A stretch of DNA of 64,000 bases from Hyalangium minutum (GTDB lineage Bacteria; Myxococcota; Myxococcia; Myxococcales; Myxococcaceae). Under the pieces are notes generated by a model. It searched no databases. It had not been told where the DNA came from and was given only the letters and a program-made list of their open reading frames with translations. The DNA lies in assembly GCF_000737315.1 (NCBI RefSeq), contig NZ_JMCB01000008.1, forward strand, positions 496,001 to 560,000, in the 5' to 3' direction. Both the position numbers and the translations under genes were made by a program. Every line of letters starts with the position of its first letter. Position 1 is the first letter of the stretch. Of the stretch, positions 31,921 to 42,074 are shown piece after piece.

Positions 31921-33363
31921 ATGAACCGATTCGCCGTCACAATGTTAGTGGTTACGCTGTCCGCGGGGGTGTGCGAGGCGTTGGGCTCCAGCCCGCCAGG
32001 CTACAGCGTTCAGATAACGCGCGCTGGCCTCGACCCCCTCATCAACGGCATTGCCAACCTGTCCGAGGCGTACGCCAAGAAAAGCCCTGCGCCGGACGCC
32101 ACCATGGACATCTCTAACGTCCACTTGATCTTCAAAGGGATGAGCATCAGCACGTTGGAGCGGCCGGCGTTCGTGTACACGTTGCAAGCACCGAACAAGC
32201 TCCTCACCAAGGTCACCTTGCCCAAGGTCATCATCAAGGGCCTCTTTCAGGCGTCGCGACGGACGCAATTCGAGACGCAAGAAGATCAAGGCAACGTCGA
32301 CTTCACCCTGGTCAACGCCACGCTCACGCAGTCCGTCACCCTCGGCACGTTCGAGAACGGCATCCTGAGAGTCGACCAACGCGACTGCAAAGCGACCCTC
32401 GGTTCGACCAACGTGGCCATCCAGAACAACCAACAATCATTCTCGGCCGATGCAGTCAGGGCAGCCGCCCCAGCGGAACGGCAACTGCTCGCCACGAATC
32501 TGTGCAACGTGTTGACCCAGCTGCTGACGAAGAAAGTGGACAGGGCCCTGGCTCAATTGCCAAGCGTGTTGAGCTTCAGCAACAACGTGTCGTTGAAGGG
32601 GCAGCTCACGCCGGCCTTCACAGTCGACTCTGTCAAAGTGAACTTCTCCGAAGAGAGCATCACCGGCTTCGCCAGTGCCTGGGCGCCGGTCCTGTGCGAC
32701 ACGAGCGTGGCAGGCAGTCCGCAGGCCATCCTGACCGTGAGCGACGTCACGTTCAACAAGCTCTTGTACCTGGATTACAAGAGCGGCCTCTTGAACTTCA
32801 CCCTCTCGCCGTCCAGCGCGCCCATCCTGTACCAGAAAATAACGTTGGACTGCGGCGAGTCCGGCGTGTGCCTGGGCAACGTGGACAAGAAGTTGCCCGA
32901 GCGCTTCGGCAAGGACGCAAAGGTCGAGCTGCAGATGGAAGCGCCCATGGCGTCCACCCTCGAATTCAAAGAGAGCAGTACCGCCATGACGGCCAGCTGG
33001 CGCGCCACTGTCTACATCACGAAGAATCAAGAGGGCGCCCCCCGGACGCTGGTGGCCAGCGGCGCTGTGTCCGCCAGCGGGCCGCTGCAAGCGAACATCC
33101 AAGGCGAGAAGGCCTACGGCAGGGTGAACATCGCGGAGCTCAAGCTCAAAGTCGATCAGCCCGAGGTGCAATCCTGGGATCAGGACGCCCAGAGCCTGTT
33201 CAAGGACATCGTCCAAACCTACATCAACGATTTCTTCTTGAAAGACGGACTCTCGTTGCCGTCGGGACTGAGCGTCGAGAACGCGAGCATCAAATTCAGC
33301 CCCCACTGTGGGAAAGCGCCGTTCAGCTTGGACTACACGGGAATCTTGAGCAGCGAAGAATGA
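31921..33363 (+). CDS. Secreted BPI/LBP/CETP-like (TULIP superfamily) lipid-binding protein, 480 aa
   Basis: Signal peptide; PGYSVQITRAGLD (cf. PGxxxRITxxGLDY); C-K-A and LCNVL..LL...V...LAQLP N-domain end; ILTVSDVTFNKLLYLDYKSGLLNF; C...GVCLG; terminal GLSLP..L...NASIKF. Length fits two TULIP domains. Confidence 0.7.
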   Translation: MNRFAVTMLVVTLSAGVCEALGSSPPGYSVQITRAGLDPLINGIANLSEAYAKKSPAPDATMDISNVHLIFKGMSISTLERPAFVYTLQAPNKLLTKVTLPKVIIKGLFQASRRTQFETQEDQGNVDFTLVNATLTQSVTLGTFENGILRVDQRDCKATLGSTNVAIQNNQQSFSADAVRAAAPAERQLLATNLCNVLTQLLTKKVDRALAQLPSVLSFSNNVSLKGQLTPAFTVDSVKVNFSEESITGFASAWAPVLCDTSVAGSPQAILTVSDVTFNKLLYLDYKSGLLNFTLSPSSAPILYQKITLDCGESGVCLGNVDKKLPERFGKDAKVELQMEAPMASTLEFKESSTAMTASWRATVYITKNQEGAPRTLVASGAVSASGPLQANIQGEKAYGRVNIAELKLKVDQPEVQSWDQDAQSLFKDIVQTYINDFFLKDGLSLPSGLSVENASIKFSPHCGKAPFSLDYTGILSSEE

Positions 33364-33392
33364 CCCAAAGAGAGCGCTCCGAGGCCATGCTG

Positions 33393-33815
33393 CTATGGGG
33401 CGCGCGGCGCTCTGGCCCCAATGTCTTGCCCCATGGCACGGGACATCGGAGGGTTGCGCGCGGCGGCCCGCAGCGTCACTCTCTTGCCCACGGGGGTGCC
33501 CTCGCTGTCCGAGCGCTCGGTGGGAATGGGCAGGGCGTAGTGACCATCCACGCCGCTCACCGCGACGCCCGCCACGGCGGTCCCGTTGATGTCCAGCGCT
33601 GTCACCTCCGCGCCCGCGACTGGCTGGCCTGAGAGGAGATCGAACACCTTGCCCTCGACCTGCACCGGCGCGAAGCACTGGGGGATATCCTTCCCGCGCA
33701 CATGCTCACAGACGAGACCGGACGAGCATGAGCGTGGATCATCGAGTCTGCACTCGGTGTTGCCGACACAGGCCATCAGCAGTGCTGCAAGGGCCGGAAT
33801 GATTCGCTTCAGCAT
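33393..33815 (-). pseudogene. Truncated inverted paralog of the 28603 lipoprotein
   Basis: MLKRIIPALAALLMACVGNTEC... matches the first ~120 aa of 28603..30009, then diverges and stops. Confidence 0.85.
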
Positions 33816-33828
33816 TCAGGAAGTCTCC
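33453..33828 (-). repeat. Inverted copy of 28590..28965
   Basis: Direct reverse-complement comparison. Confidence 0.9.
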
Positions 33829-33951
33829 TGGCATGAAGGGGCTCGAACGACCCGATCTGGCCCTGGTACTCCGGACGAAGGCAAGCGAAGTTGCCCCCCA
33901 GACAGCAGGCCCACTACTGTCGGAGCTTTGGTCTTCCAAAGGACCGCACGC

Positions 33952-36609
33952 GTGCGACGCTCCTCTCTCAGCCCTCGGCTCTCCCCCGCATCTTCCTCTT
34001 TCCTGGCCGTCCTGGCCCTGCTCGTCGCGGCTCCCGCCAGCGCGCAGTGGACTGCGGGGCCTGCCATGGCGGGTGCCCACTCGCAGGGGGTGGCTGTCAC
34101 CGATACCAACGGCCGCATCCACGTGATCGGCGGCAGCAGCACCACTGCCAGCGAGACCAGTCTTCACGAGGAATTCAACCCCGCCACCAACACCTGGACC
34201 AGCCGCGCCCCCTTGCCCACCGCCAGTCGTGGCATGGGGGCCTCCCTGGGACCCGACGGACGCATCTACGTCTATGGTGGCTACAGCGGCACGGGCGCCA
34301 CCGGCGCGTTCTACGCCTACAACCCCAGCACCAACGCGTGGACCACCCTGCCCTCCATGCCCACCCCTGTGTGGATGCCTCGGGGCGACTTCGCCTTGGA
34401 CGGAAGGCTCTTCGTCTTCGGTGGAGAGAACAGCTCGGGCACCCCTCTCGACACGACCCAGATCTACAACCCCTCCAACAACCTCTGGACCCTGGGTTCA
34501 AGCATGGGCCTGGCGCGCAAACAGCATGGGGTCTTCCGAGGCTCGAGTGGGAGCCTCTACGTCGTGGGCGGCCAGAACGCCAACGGCGTGGCGATCAGCT
34601 TGGTGTATTCCTACACCCCCTTCACCGGTACCTGGAACGTCGGCCCGAGCATGCCGGTGGCCATGAACTCCTTCGGCCAGGCCCTCTCGGCAGACCGCAC
34701 CCGGTTCTTCGTGCTTGGAGGCTCGAGCAGCAACGGCAACGACAGCGCGCCCTACTTCAACAATGTCTACATGTTCAACGAGGAGACCCATACCTGGTCG
34801 AGCCTCACCCCGCTCACCACGGGGCGCCGCGACCTGGCGGCCAGCGTGATCGGCTGCCGGCTGCGTGCCCTCGGCGGCACCAACGGCACCCGCCTCGCGA
34901 CCCATGAGGTGTTCCAGCTCACCGGCGCGCCAGACGACAATGGCAATGGTCTACCGGACTACTGCGAGAATGGGGCGGACAGGGATGGCGACTCGGTGGC
35001 GGACGCCAACGACAACTGCCCTACCCTCTCCAACCCGGATCAGCGCAACACCGACGGTGACAGCCAGGGTGACGCGTGCGACGCCGACGATGACAACGAT
35101 GGGGTGCCCGACACCACCGACAACTGCTCGCTGGTGGCCAACGCCAGCCAGGCCAACGCGGACGGCGACAGCCAGGGTGACGCGTGCGACGCCGACGACG
35201 ACAACGATGGGGTGCCCGATACCACCGACAACTGCTCGCTGGTGGCCAACGCCAACCAGACCAACACGGACGGAGACAGCCAGGGTGACGTCTGCGACGC
35301 CGACGACGACAACGATGGGGTACAGGACACCGTCGACAACTGCTCCCTGATCTCCAATTCGAACCAGACCAACACCGACGGAGACAGCCAGGGCGACGTC
35401 TGTGACGCGGACGATGACAACGACGGAGTGGCGGACGTCACCGATAACTGCTCCCTCCTCTCCAATCCGGACCAGCGCAACACGGACAATGACAGCCAGG
35501 GTGACATCTGCGACGCCGACGACGACAACGATGGGCTGCAGGACACCGTCGACAACTGCCCCCTGATCTCCAATTCGAACCAGACCAACACCGACAGCGA
35601 CAGCCAGGGTGACGCGTGCGACGCGGACGACGACAACGACGGCGTGGCGGACGCCACCGATAACTGCTCCCTCCTCTCCAACCCGGATCAGCGCAACACG
35701 GACAATGACAGCCAGGGTGACGTCTGCGACGCCGACGACGACGGCGATGGGGTGCCCGACACCACCGACAACTGCGTCCTGATCTCCAACCCGGGTCAGG
35801 CTGATCAGGACAACGATGGCCGAGGCGATGTCTGCGACAACGACGGCGACAACGACACCGTGTCCGATGCGCAGGACAACTGCCCCACCGTCCCCAACGC
35901 GGACCAGACCGACTCGGATGGCGACAACCAGGGCAACGTTTGCGACCTGGATGATGATGGCGACGGAGTGGCGGACGCCACCGACAACTGCTCGCTCATC
36001 GCCAACTCCGACCAGCGCAACACCGACGGAGATTTTGACGGTGACGTGTGCGACCAGGATGACGACAACGACAGCATCACGGACAACGGGGACAACTGCC
36101 CCCTGGTGGTCAACACCGACCAGCGCAACACCGACGGCGACAGCACGGGCGATGCCTGCGACAGCGACAGTGACAATGACGGGGTGCCTGACACCACCGA
36201 TAACTGCGACTTCGTCTCCAACGCCGATCAGGCCAACGCCGACAACGACGCGCAGGGCAACGCTTGCGACTCGGACGACGACAATGACACCGTGGCCGAT
36301 GGCTCGGACAACTGCCCGCTCACCCCCAACACCGACCAGGCCGACAGCAACAGGAACGGCAAGGGCGACGCCTGCGACGTGGACAACGACACCGACAAGG
36401 ACGGCATCGCCAACGCCGTGGACAACTGCCCCCAGGTGGCCAACCCTGACCAGGCGGACTCCGACACGGACGGCAAGGGCGACGCCTGCGAGGGCGACGG
36501 CGAGGGCGGAGGTTGCGGCTGCGGCGCGGGCCCTACCGGCGCCTCGAGCCTGATGGTGTGGGCGCTGGCCAGCCTCGCCCTGATGGCCCGTCGGCGCTTC
36601 GTCCGCTGA
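33952..36609 (+). CDS. Surface protein: Kelch propeller, 14 thrombospondin type-3 repeats and MYXO-CTERM
   Basis: GTG start after aagga; signal ...AAPASA; Kelch GG..(Y/F)NP..N.W; 36-aa DGV.D..DNC..N.DQ.D.DGD..GD.CD units; GCGCGAG-TM-RRR tail. Confidence 0.9.
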   Translation: MRRSSLSPRLSPASSSFLAVLALLVAAPASAQWTAGPAMAGAHSQGVAVTDTNGRIHVIGGSSTTASETSLHEEFNPATNTWTSRAPLPTASRGMGASLGPDGRIYVYGGYSGTGATGAFYAYNPSTNAWTTLPSMPTPVWMPRGDFALDGRLFVFGGENSSGTPLDTTQIYNPSNNLWTLGSSMGLARKQHGVFRGSSGSLYVVGGQNANGVAISLVYSYTPFTGTWNVGPSMPVAMNSFGQALSADRTRFFVLGGSSSNGNDSAPYFNNVYMFNEETHTWSSLTPLTTGRRDLAASVIGCRLRALGGTNGTRLATHEVFQLTGAPDDNGNGLPDYCENGADRDGDSVADANDNCPTLSNPDQRNTDGDSQGDACDADDDNDGVPDTTDNCSLVANASQANADGDSQGDACDADDDNDGVPDTTDNCSLVANANQTNTDGDSQGDVCDADDDNDGVQDTVDNCSLISNSNQTNTDGDSQGDVCDADDDNDGVADVTDNCSLLSNPDQRNTDNDSQGDICDADDDNDGLQDTVDNCPLISNSNQTNTDSDSQGDACDADDDNDGVADATDNCSLLSNPDQRNTDNDSQGDVCDADDDGDGVPDTTDNCVLISNPGQADQDNDGRGDVCDNDGDNDTVSDAQDNCPTVPNADQTDSDGDNQGNVCDLDDDGDGVADATDNCSLIANSDQRNTDGDFDGDVCDQDDDNDSITDNGDNCPLVVNTDQRNTDGDSTGDACDSDSDNDGVPDTTDNCDFVSNADQANADNDAQGNACDSDDDNDTVADGSDNCPLTPNTDQADSNRNGKGDACDVDNDTDKDGIANAVDNCPQVANPDQADSDTDGKGDACEGDGEGGGCGCGAGPTGASSLMVWALASLALMARRRFVR

Positions 36610-36759
36610 GACCTGAGCCCTGGATGGGGCCTTGCTCACAAGCCCAGCCCTCTGACATCCCCCTGCTGCGAGGACAGCCTGGGCAGGGGTGTGCATCATT
36701 CTCCTGCTCGCCAGCTCATTCCTTCCGTGGGGCCATCCCGGCCCCTCGAAAGTGAAACC

Positions 36760-39051
36760 ATGCCTACCCTCCGGCGTCTCGCCTACCTAACCGCGGTGCT
36801 GGTCTTTGCCGTCGCCTGCACTTCCGAGCCCACCGGCTCCGTGCAATTCATCGCCTCTGTCCCTCAGGCCCTCTCCGCCAACGATGTCACCCGCGTCAAG
36901 GTGACCGTCTCCGCCGCGGATATGTCTTCCCTCGTCGTCGAGATGGCACCGTCTCATGGCTCCTGGGGCGGACTCATCGGCAACATCCCGGCTGGCTCCA
37001 ACCGCTCCTTCCTCGCCGAGGCCTTCGACTCCTCCGGTATCAGGCGCTTCCAGGGCCAGAGCTCTGGCGTCACCATCACCGCCAACCAGACCACCGCCGT
37101 GGCCATCACCCTCCAGGAGCTGGCTCCCCCTCTTCCCTATGCCAATGAGGCTCCCGTCATTGACTCCCTGGTGGCCTCCTCCACCTCTGTCCAGGCCGGT
37201 TCCGCGCTCTCGCTGACAGCCACGGTTCATGATCCCAACGCCGGAGACACCCTCACCCTCGCGTGGACTGCCTCCGGTGGCACCTTCACCGCCCCCACGG
37301 CCACGAGCACCTCCTGGACGGCTCCTTCCTCTGCAGGCGTGCAGACGCTCACCCTCACGGTGACCGACTCCCAGGGCGCTGCCGTCGCCGTCTCTCTCGC
37401 CGTCAACGTCCTCTCTGGGGCCTCCACCGGTAACGCCGCCGTCAACATCTCCTTCAACCTCTGGCCCACTGTCTCCAGCGTCTCGGCCTCTCTCCACCGC
37501 CTGGATGCAGGTCAGTCCACCACCGTCTCCGCCCATGCCTCGGATGCCGATGGCGACGCCCTCTCCTACCAGTGGGCTGCGAGCTGCCCTGGTACCTGGA
37601 CGAATGCGGCTTCCAGCTCCGCATCCTTCGAGCCTTCCTCGGTTCCGGCCGGCGTGTGCAACAACTGCCGGCTCACCGTCACCGTTCAGGACGGTCGCGG
37701 CGGGCAGACCACCGGCTCGCTCCACCTCTGCATCGCCTCCTCCTCTACCCAGCGCTTCGCTCCGTCCTTCACTCACTACTACCAGTCCGCTACGGCCGCC
37801 TCCCCGGGCCAGACCGTGACCTTTGACGTCACCGCCCTGGACCCTCAGTCCAGTACTCTGACGTTTGCCTGGGCCTCCAACACTGGCTCGCTTGCCTCGG
37901 CCCAGCACACCGCCAACACCAGCCATGTTGTTTGGACGGCACCGGCCTGCGTGCAAACAGGTGTCACCCCCACCGTCACCGCTACCGTCACCAATGCCTA
38001 CGGCTTGCCGGCCTCCAAGGCGTTCTCCCTTTCTGGCCTGCCGACGTGCGCGGCCGACTGGACCGCTTCAGGCTCCATGTCCGTCGCCCGCCGGTTCCAC
38101 ACCGCCACCCGGCTCGTCTCCGGCAAGGTCTTCGTCACGGGAGGCGACGATTCGTCTGGCTATCACACCGCCGCGGACGTGTTCGATCCGGTCACCCGTT
38201 CCTGGTCCGCCGCGGCCCCCATGGCCGTGGGCCGCAATGCCCACGCCGCCGCCCTGCTCGCCTCCGGGAAGGTCCTCGTCACGGGGGGCAACAATGCTGG
38301 CGCCCTTTCCACCGCTGCGGTGTACGACCCGGATACCAACTCCTGGTCCGCGGCCACCTCCATGACCACGGCCCGTTTCCACCACACCTCCACCCTGCTG
38401 CCCTCCGGCAAGGTGCTTATCGCGGGAGGCCTCAACTCGGCTGGCGGCCTTGCCACCGCGGCCCTGTACGATCCGGCCACCAACTCCTGGTCCGCGGCCG
38501 GGTCTATGGCTTCGGTCCGCTACCAACACATCGCCACCCTGCTGCCCTCGGGCAAAGTGCTCGTCACCGGGGGCCCCGGCTCTCCCCTTGCCGCCGCGGA
38601 GGTGTACAACCCGGCCACCAATACCTGGGCCTCCGCCGGTTCCATGGCCACGGCCCGCCAGCTTCACACCGCCACCCTGCTCTCCTCCGGCAAGGTCCTC
38701 GTCGCGGGAGGTGATCAGCCTGGCCCCCTTGCCTCCGCGGAGGTGTATGACCCGGCCACCAACTCCTGGTCCGCGGCTGCTCCCATGGCCGTGGGCCGCC
38801 GGGCTCACGCCGCCGCCCTGCTGCCCTCTGGCAAGGTGCTCATCGCGGGAGGCCTGGGCACCAACAGTCCCATGGCTGCTTCGGAGGTGTACGACCCGGC
38901 CACCAACTCCTGGTCCTCCACCGATTCCATGACATCGCTCCGCAACTACCACACCGCCACCGCGCTCTCTTCGGGCGAGGTTCTCGTCACGGGGGGCTAC
39001 ACGGCCCTCCACTCTGCCGTCACCTCCTCCACGGAGCTCTACAGGCCCTGA
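36760..39051 (+). CDS. Lipoprotein with Ig/PKD-like domains and a six-bladed Kelch propeller
   Basis: Lipobox AVAC; DADGDALSYQW; six repeats of R..HTATLL.SGKVLV.GG...AEVYDP.TNSW. Confidence 0.9.
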   Translation: MPTLRRLAYLTAVLVFAVACTSEPTGSVQFIASVPQALSANDVTRVKVTVSAADMSSLVVEMAPSHGSWGGLIGNIPAGSNRSFLAEAFDSSGIRRFQGQSSGVTITANQTTAVAITLQELAPPLPYANEAPVIDSLVASSTSVQAGSALSLTATVHDPNAGDTLTLAWTASGGTFTAPTATSTSWTAPSSAGVQTLTLTVTDSQGAAVAVSLAVNVLSGASTGNAAVNISFNLWPTVSSVSASLHRLDAGQSTTVSAHASDADGDALSYQWAASCPGTWTNAASSSASFEPSSVPAGVCNNCRLTVTVQDGRGGQTTGSLHLCIASSSTQRFAPSFTHYYQSATAASPGQTVTFDVTALDPQSSTLTFAWASNTGSLASAQHTANTSHVVWTAPACVQTGVTPTVTATVTNAYGLPASKAFSLSGLPTCAADWTASGSMSVARRFHTATRLVSGKVFVTGGDDSSGYHTAADVFDPVTRSWSAAAPMAVGRNAHAAALLASGKVLVTGGNNAGALSTAAVYDPDTNSWSAATSMTTARFHHTSTLLPSGKVLIAGGLNSAGGLATAALYDPATNSWSAAGSMASVRYQHIATLLPSGKVLVTGGPGSPLAAAEVYNPATNTWASAGSMATARQLHTATLLSSGKVLVAGGDQPGPLASAEVYDPATNSWSAAAPMAVGRRAHAAALLPSGKVLIAGGLGTNSPMAASEVYDPATNSWSSTDSMTSLRNYHTATALSSGEVLVTGGYTALHSAVTSSTELYRP

Positions 39052-39171
39052 GCCTGGAAACGCCCTCTGATAACGCGTGTTTTCGATCGCGGGGATTGCG
39101 GCGAAGCGCGGGATCGTCCACGGCTGGGGACTCTCCGTCCGCCGCCGTGGACGGTTTGTGGTTATAGGGGC

Positions 39172-39528
39172 TCACCGACGCACCCCCGCTCGCGTGAGGG
39201 CCTCAGCCAGGGCCTGGGCAGCGTCTCCCACGGCCTCCAGAGCGCGAGTCCCCTCAAACATGCTGCGCATGGCTTCGTCGTCGCCCACTTCGATGGAGAG
39301 CAGCTCGCAGGCAGCAACGGCCATGCTGAAGTTGTTGAAGGCCAACTTCACGGCCGCCGGCGTGTTCCCTCCGTACTCAGCGGCGATTTCCGCCACCGCC
39401 AGGTACCAACACTCGGTGGCCCGGCGCTGCGCCTCCCATGCCTCCCGGTAGTGCCGAGCCGCCTCCTTCAACTGCTGGGCCGCGTTCCGGAAGTTCGCCT
39501 CGGCCTTGTTCAGGTTGGGGGTGCTCAT
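39172..39528 (-). CDS. Hypothetical helical protein (118 aa)
   Basis: ORF with amphipathic helical composition, just downstream of the tRNA fragment. Confidence 0.5.
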   Translation of the reverse strand: MSTPNLNKAEANFRNAAQQLKEAARHYREAWEAQRRATECWYLAVAEIAAEYGGNTPAAVKLAFNNFSMAVAACELLSIEVGDDEAMRSMFEGTRALEAVGDAAQALAEALTRAGVRR

Positions 39529-39588
39529 TCCGCGTTCGCCCGCCGGGCCTTGGCAATAGCTTCCATTGTTTTTACGAGGGGTTGCGAA

Positions 39589-39639
39589 GCACGCCGAGGG
39601 GGACTTGAACCCCCAACCCTTGGCTTCGAAGGCCGATGC
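39589..39639 (-). tRNA. 3' portion only of a tRNA-Arg(UCG); att-site-like remnant, not an intact gene
   Basis: Minus strand gcatcggcCTTCGAAgccaagggttgggggTTCAAGTccccctcggcgtgc: anticodon arm (one mismatch), T-arm and acceptor 3' strand. No D-arm or 5' acceptor strand upstream. Confidence 0.7.
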
Positions 39640-40239
39640 CGCTGGTTAGCGCCCTTCAGCTGCCAGCACGTGCCTACCTCGGGCGCATTGCTCGCGGCGG
39701 TGGTGCTGCGCACGGTGCGATGGGAGGCGATGCGGCTGCTGCTTCGCTTCTTCCGGGTACTGCTCTTCACTCTGGCGGCGCCCATGGGCCCCCAAAAGCG
39801 AGAGGGCCTGTCGCCGGGGTAGAGTCCCGACAACAAGCCCCTCTCAGGACAGCAGGCGCGGCCAAGCGCCAGCGCTGGCCTCACCCTCCGCCCAACAGGC
39901 TCACGCCGGACTCGCATCCGGGCATGAGTACCCCTATCGGGTGCTCGGGTGCGCATACAGCCTTAGCACGGCCAAGACCGGCCGTCCTAGCGCGCCCCGT
40001 GGTGCTCTACCCACCCCTGCGCGGGGTGGCACCCAGTTCGCACACGGGCTGCACAGGTTTGGCCGCCTGCGCGTGGCACGGCGTTACCCGTGCCCCCGTC
40101 ACGCGCTCAACACTGCGCCCCTGCGCGCACGGGCGTCAAGAGGGTGCTCGCGGCCACCCCTTGTCGCGCAGTCCTCACGCGGGGTTACTGCGCAGGCACA
40201 GCAGGTGCTACGCGCGCGTGGGCCCGCGTGCGTGTCCTC

Positions 40240-41058
40240 CTAGTGAGCGCGCTGCGCAGGCACCGGAGGCACGGGGAGAGTGCTGCTCGGTTCTTTGGGG
40301 GTGGGGATGCTCGGCAGGTAGCACCGGCCCTGCCACTCATACCCGCGCGTCTTGCACGCCGCGCGGCTGTAGACGATCTGCACCCAGCACGCGCGGGTGC
40401 CGTCCTTCAGCTCAATCTCAAACTCCGTGCCGTCCTCGCAGGGGGCCTTGCGCTGGCCCTTGAATGGGCGCGGCGGCAGATCCAAGCCCACTGCTGGGCG
40501 CTGCGCGTCCACCGCCCCCACTGGCAACGCCTCCGGCTCAGCAAGGGCCTCTTCCGCCACAGAGGCCAGAGCGGGCTGCTCAGTCTCCTCGGGAATGGGC
40601 TGCGCAGCCTTCCATGCGCGCGGGGCCAAGGCTGAGCACGCCAGCAGTCCGGCCAGAGCCGCCCACTGCCAGCTGCGCATGCGCGCACGTGGGCGGGCGG
40701 CAGGCGCGCACAGGTGGGCCATGGCCTCGGGGTGGTGCTCCAGTCCCTCCAGCACGCAGGCCAGCGCATCCAGCCCGTCGTTCACCTGGCCGAGGGGGTT
40801 GGTGCCCTGGGGCGCGCGCTCCACCTCCAGCGCCACGTAGGGAGAGGGAGAGGTGCCCGCACGCACGCGCAGGCGGTACTCCTCGGCGGGGGCGTAGTGG
40901 CCTGGGGCAGCAGCCGTCACAAGCAGCGCGGGGCGGCCAGTAGCGGACTGCCACGCGGTGTACAGGCGGCCCACGCCACCCTCGCCGCCGGTCGCGTTGC
41001 GCAGCCTGCGCAGTACCGTGTACGGCCCCACGCGGTTCTTCTGCCAGTTGCTGCTCAT
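40240..41058 (-). CDS. Membrane protein with a kinase-N-lobe-like start, TM helix and Cys-rich C-domain
   Basis: VGPYTVLRRL..GGVGRLY.A; no HRD/DFG; C-terminal PFKGQRKAPC...CW...C...YEWQGRCYLP resembles the tail of 20246..21661. Confidence 0.7.
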   Translation of the reverse strand: MSSNWQKNRVGPYTVLRRLRNATGGEGGVGRLYTAWQSATGRPALLVTAAAPGHYAPAEEYRLRVRAGTSPSPYVALEVERAPQGTNPLGQVNDGLDALACVLEGLEHHPEAMAHLCAPAARPRARMRSWQWAALAGLLACSALAPRAWKAAQPIPEETEQPALASVAEEALAEPEALPVGAVDAQRPAVGLDLPPRPFKGQRKAPCEDGTEFEIELKDGTRACWVQIVYSRAACKTRGYEWQGRCYLPSIPTPKEPSSTLPVPPVPAQRAH

Positions 41059-41257
41059 GTTCCGGCCCTCCCTCGCATCAAGGGCCTTTCATGTACCACG
41101 GCGCACGCTGGGAGGTTGCGCGCCGTCGAAGGCGCTCCGCGCTCTGGGACTTGGTCTGCTGCTGTTTGTGTAGCTGTTGCTGCTCGTGTGTGGTTCCCGG
41201 GTCAGACTAGACGGCTCGGAGAAGCCTAGTAACCTCGTTGAGGCATATGAGCCTTCA

Positions 41258-41372
41258 GGTGGCGTTCAGCTCGTCCAACTCGGCCGTACGCGTCCACCCG
41301 TTCGTCGTCTTTTGGGACGCGGCCGCCTCCGAACAACTCCGTTTCCACCGCGTCGCCTGTCTTCGTGTAGAA
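41258..41372 (-). pseudogene. pduO: 5' fragment of a cob(I)alamin adenosyltransferase (PduO type)
   Basis: [30 protein letters not shown], then a +1 frameshift to ELDELNAT*; matches the YTKTGD.G.T.L.GG.RV.K...RV.AYG..DELN signature. Confidence 0.75.
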
Positions 41373-42074
41373 GTTCTGGGCTGAAGAGCACTGTCACGGC
41401 CAACCGCCTGGGGCCGCATTGACCTCTGGACGATCAGGCGGAGTGTGGTTTCAGAACGACGCAGTTCGCGGAGGCCGATAAGCGCAAAGACCTCGGATCT
41501 CAGGGCAAGGCCCTGAAAACAGCAGCCCGGCGCCCACAGGTTCTCTACCTCCTGCGAGGGCCGGGCTTTCAAAACGACGAGCCCCCAGTTACCCAGGGAC
41601 CGTACTCGTGGGCACGAGATTGGTCATTCTGGACACTGCACCTGCTCGTCGTCAACACGAGCCTTCGGGCTCCGTGCAGGGGGATCGTCTGCCCTGCGCA
41701 AACGCCGTGCTCTTGGTTTTAGAACCCATCGAGAGAAGCGCTGAGGAATACCTCATGACCATTCTGACCGACGTCGTCTCACTCTTTTCTGTGCTGAAGG
41801 GCAACCCCGAGGCAGTCGCTCTTCTGGGGAATCTGCTCGACCGCATCGACCCAGGATGCTTGTTCGTTCTGGCCGTCTGCTTCTGGCGCACTCGTGAGCG
41901 ATCCCCCACGTGCGGAGCGTCAACGGGCGCAGGCAAGCAGACGAAGAAAAGAGCCACACGAAGCAGCTTGAAGAAGAGAAAGGGGCCCACGAAGAAATGA
42001 TGGCGCCTCCTGTCCGCTGGCTGCTGCGTGAAATTTCAGGTGCGCACGGGTGCAATGCGAAGCGCCAGGCGGCG

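Noticed and set aside
34980-36500. 108-bp repeats as CRISPR or a non-coding array
   Set aside because: They encode TSP3 repeats within an ORF.
39860-40240. GCGC/GCAC-rich stretch as a plasmid or phage replication origin
   Set aside because: No clear iterons, AT-rich core or rep gene visible.
41608-42000. 130-aa ORF / possible IS66 accessory gene
   Set aside because: No recognisable motif and atypical codon usage; cannot be supported.
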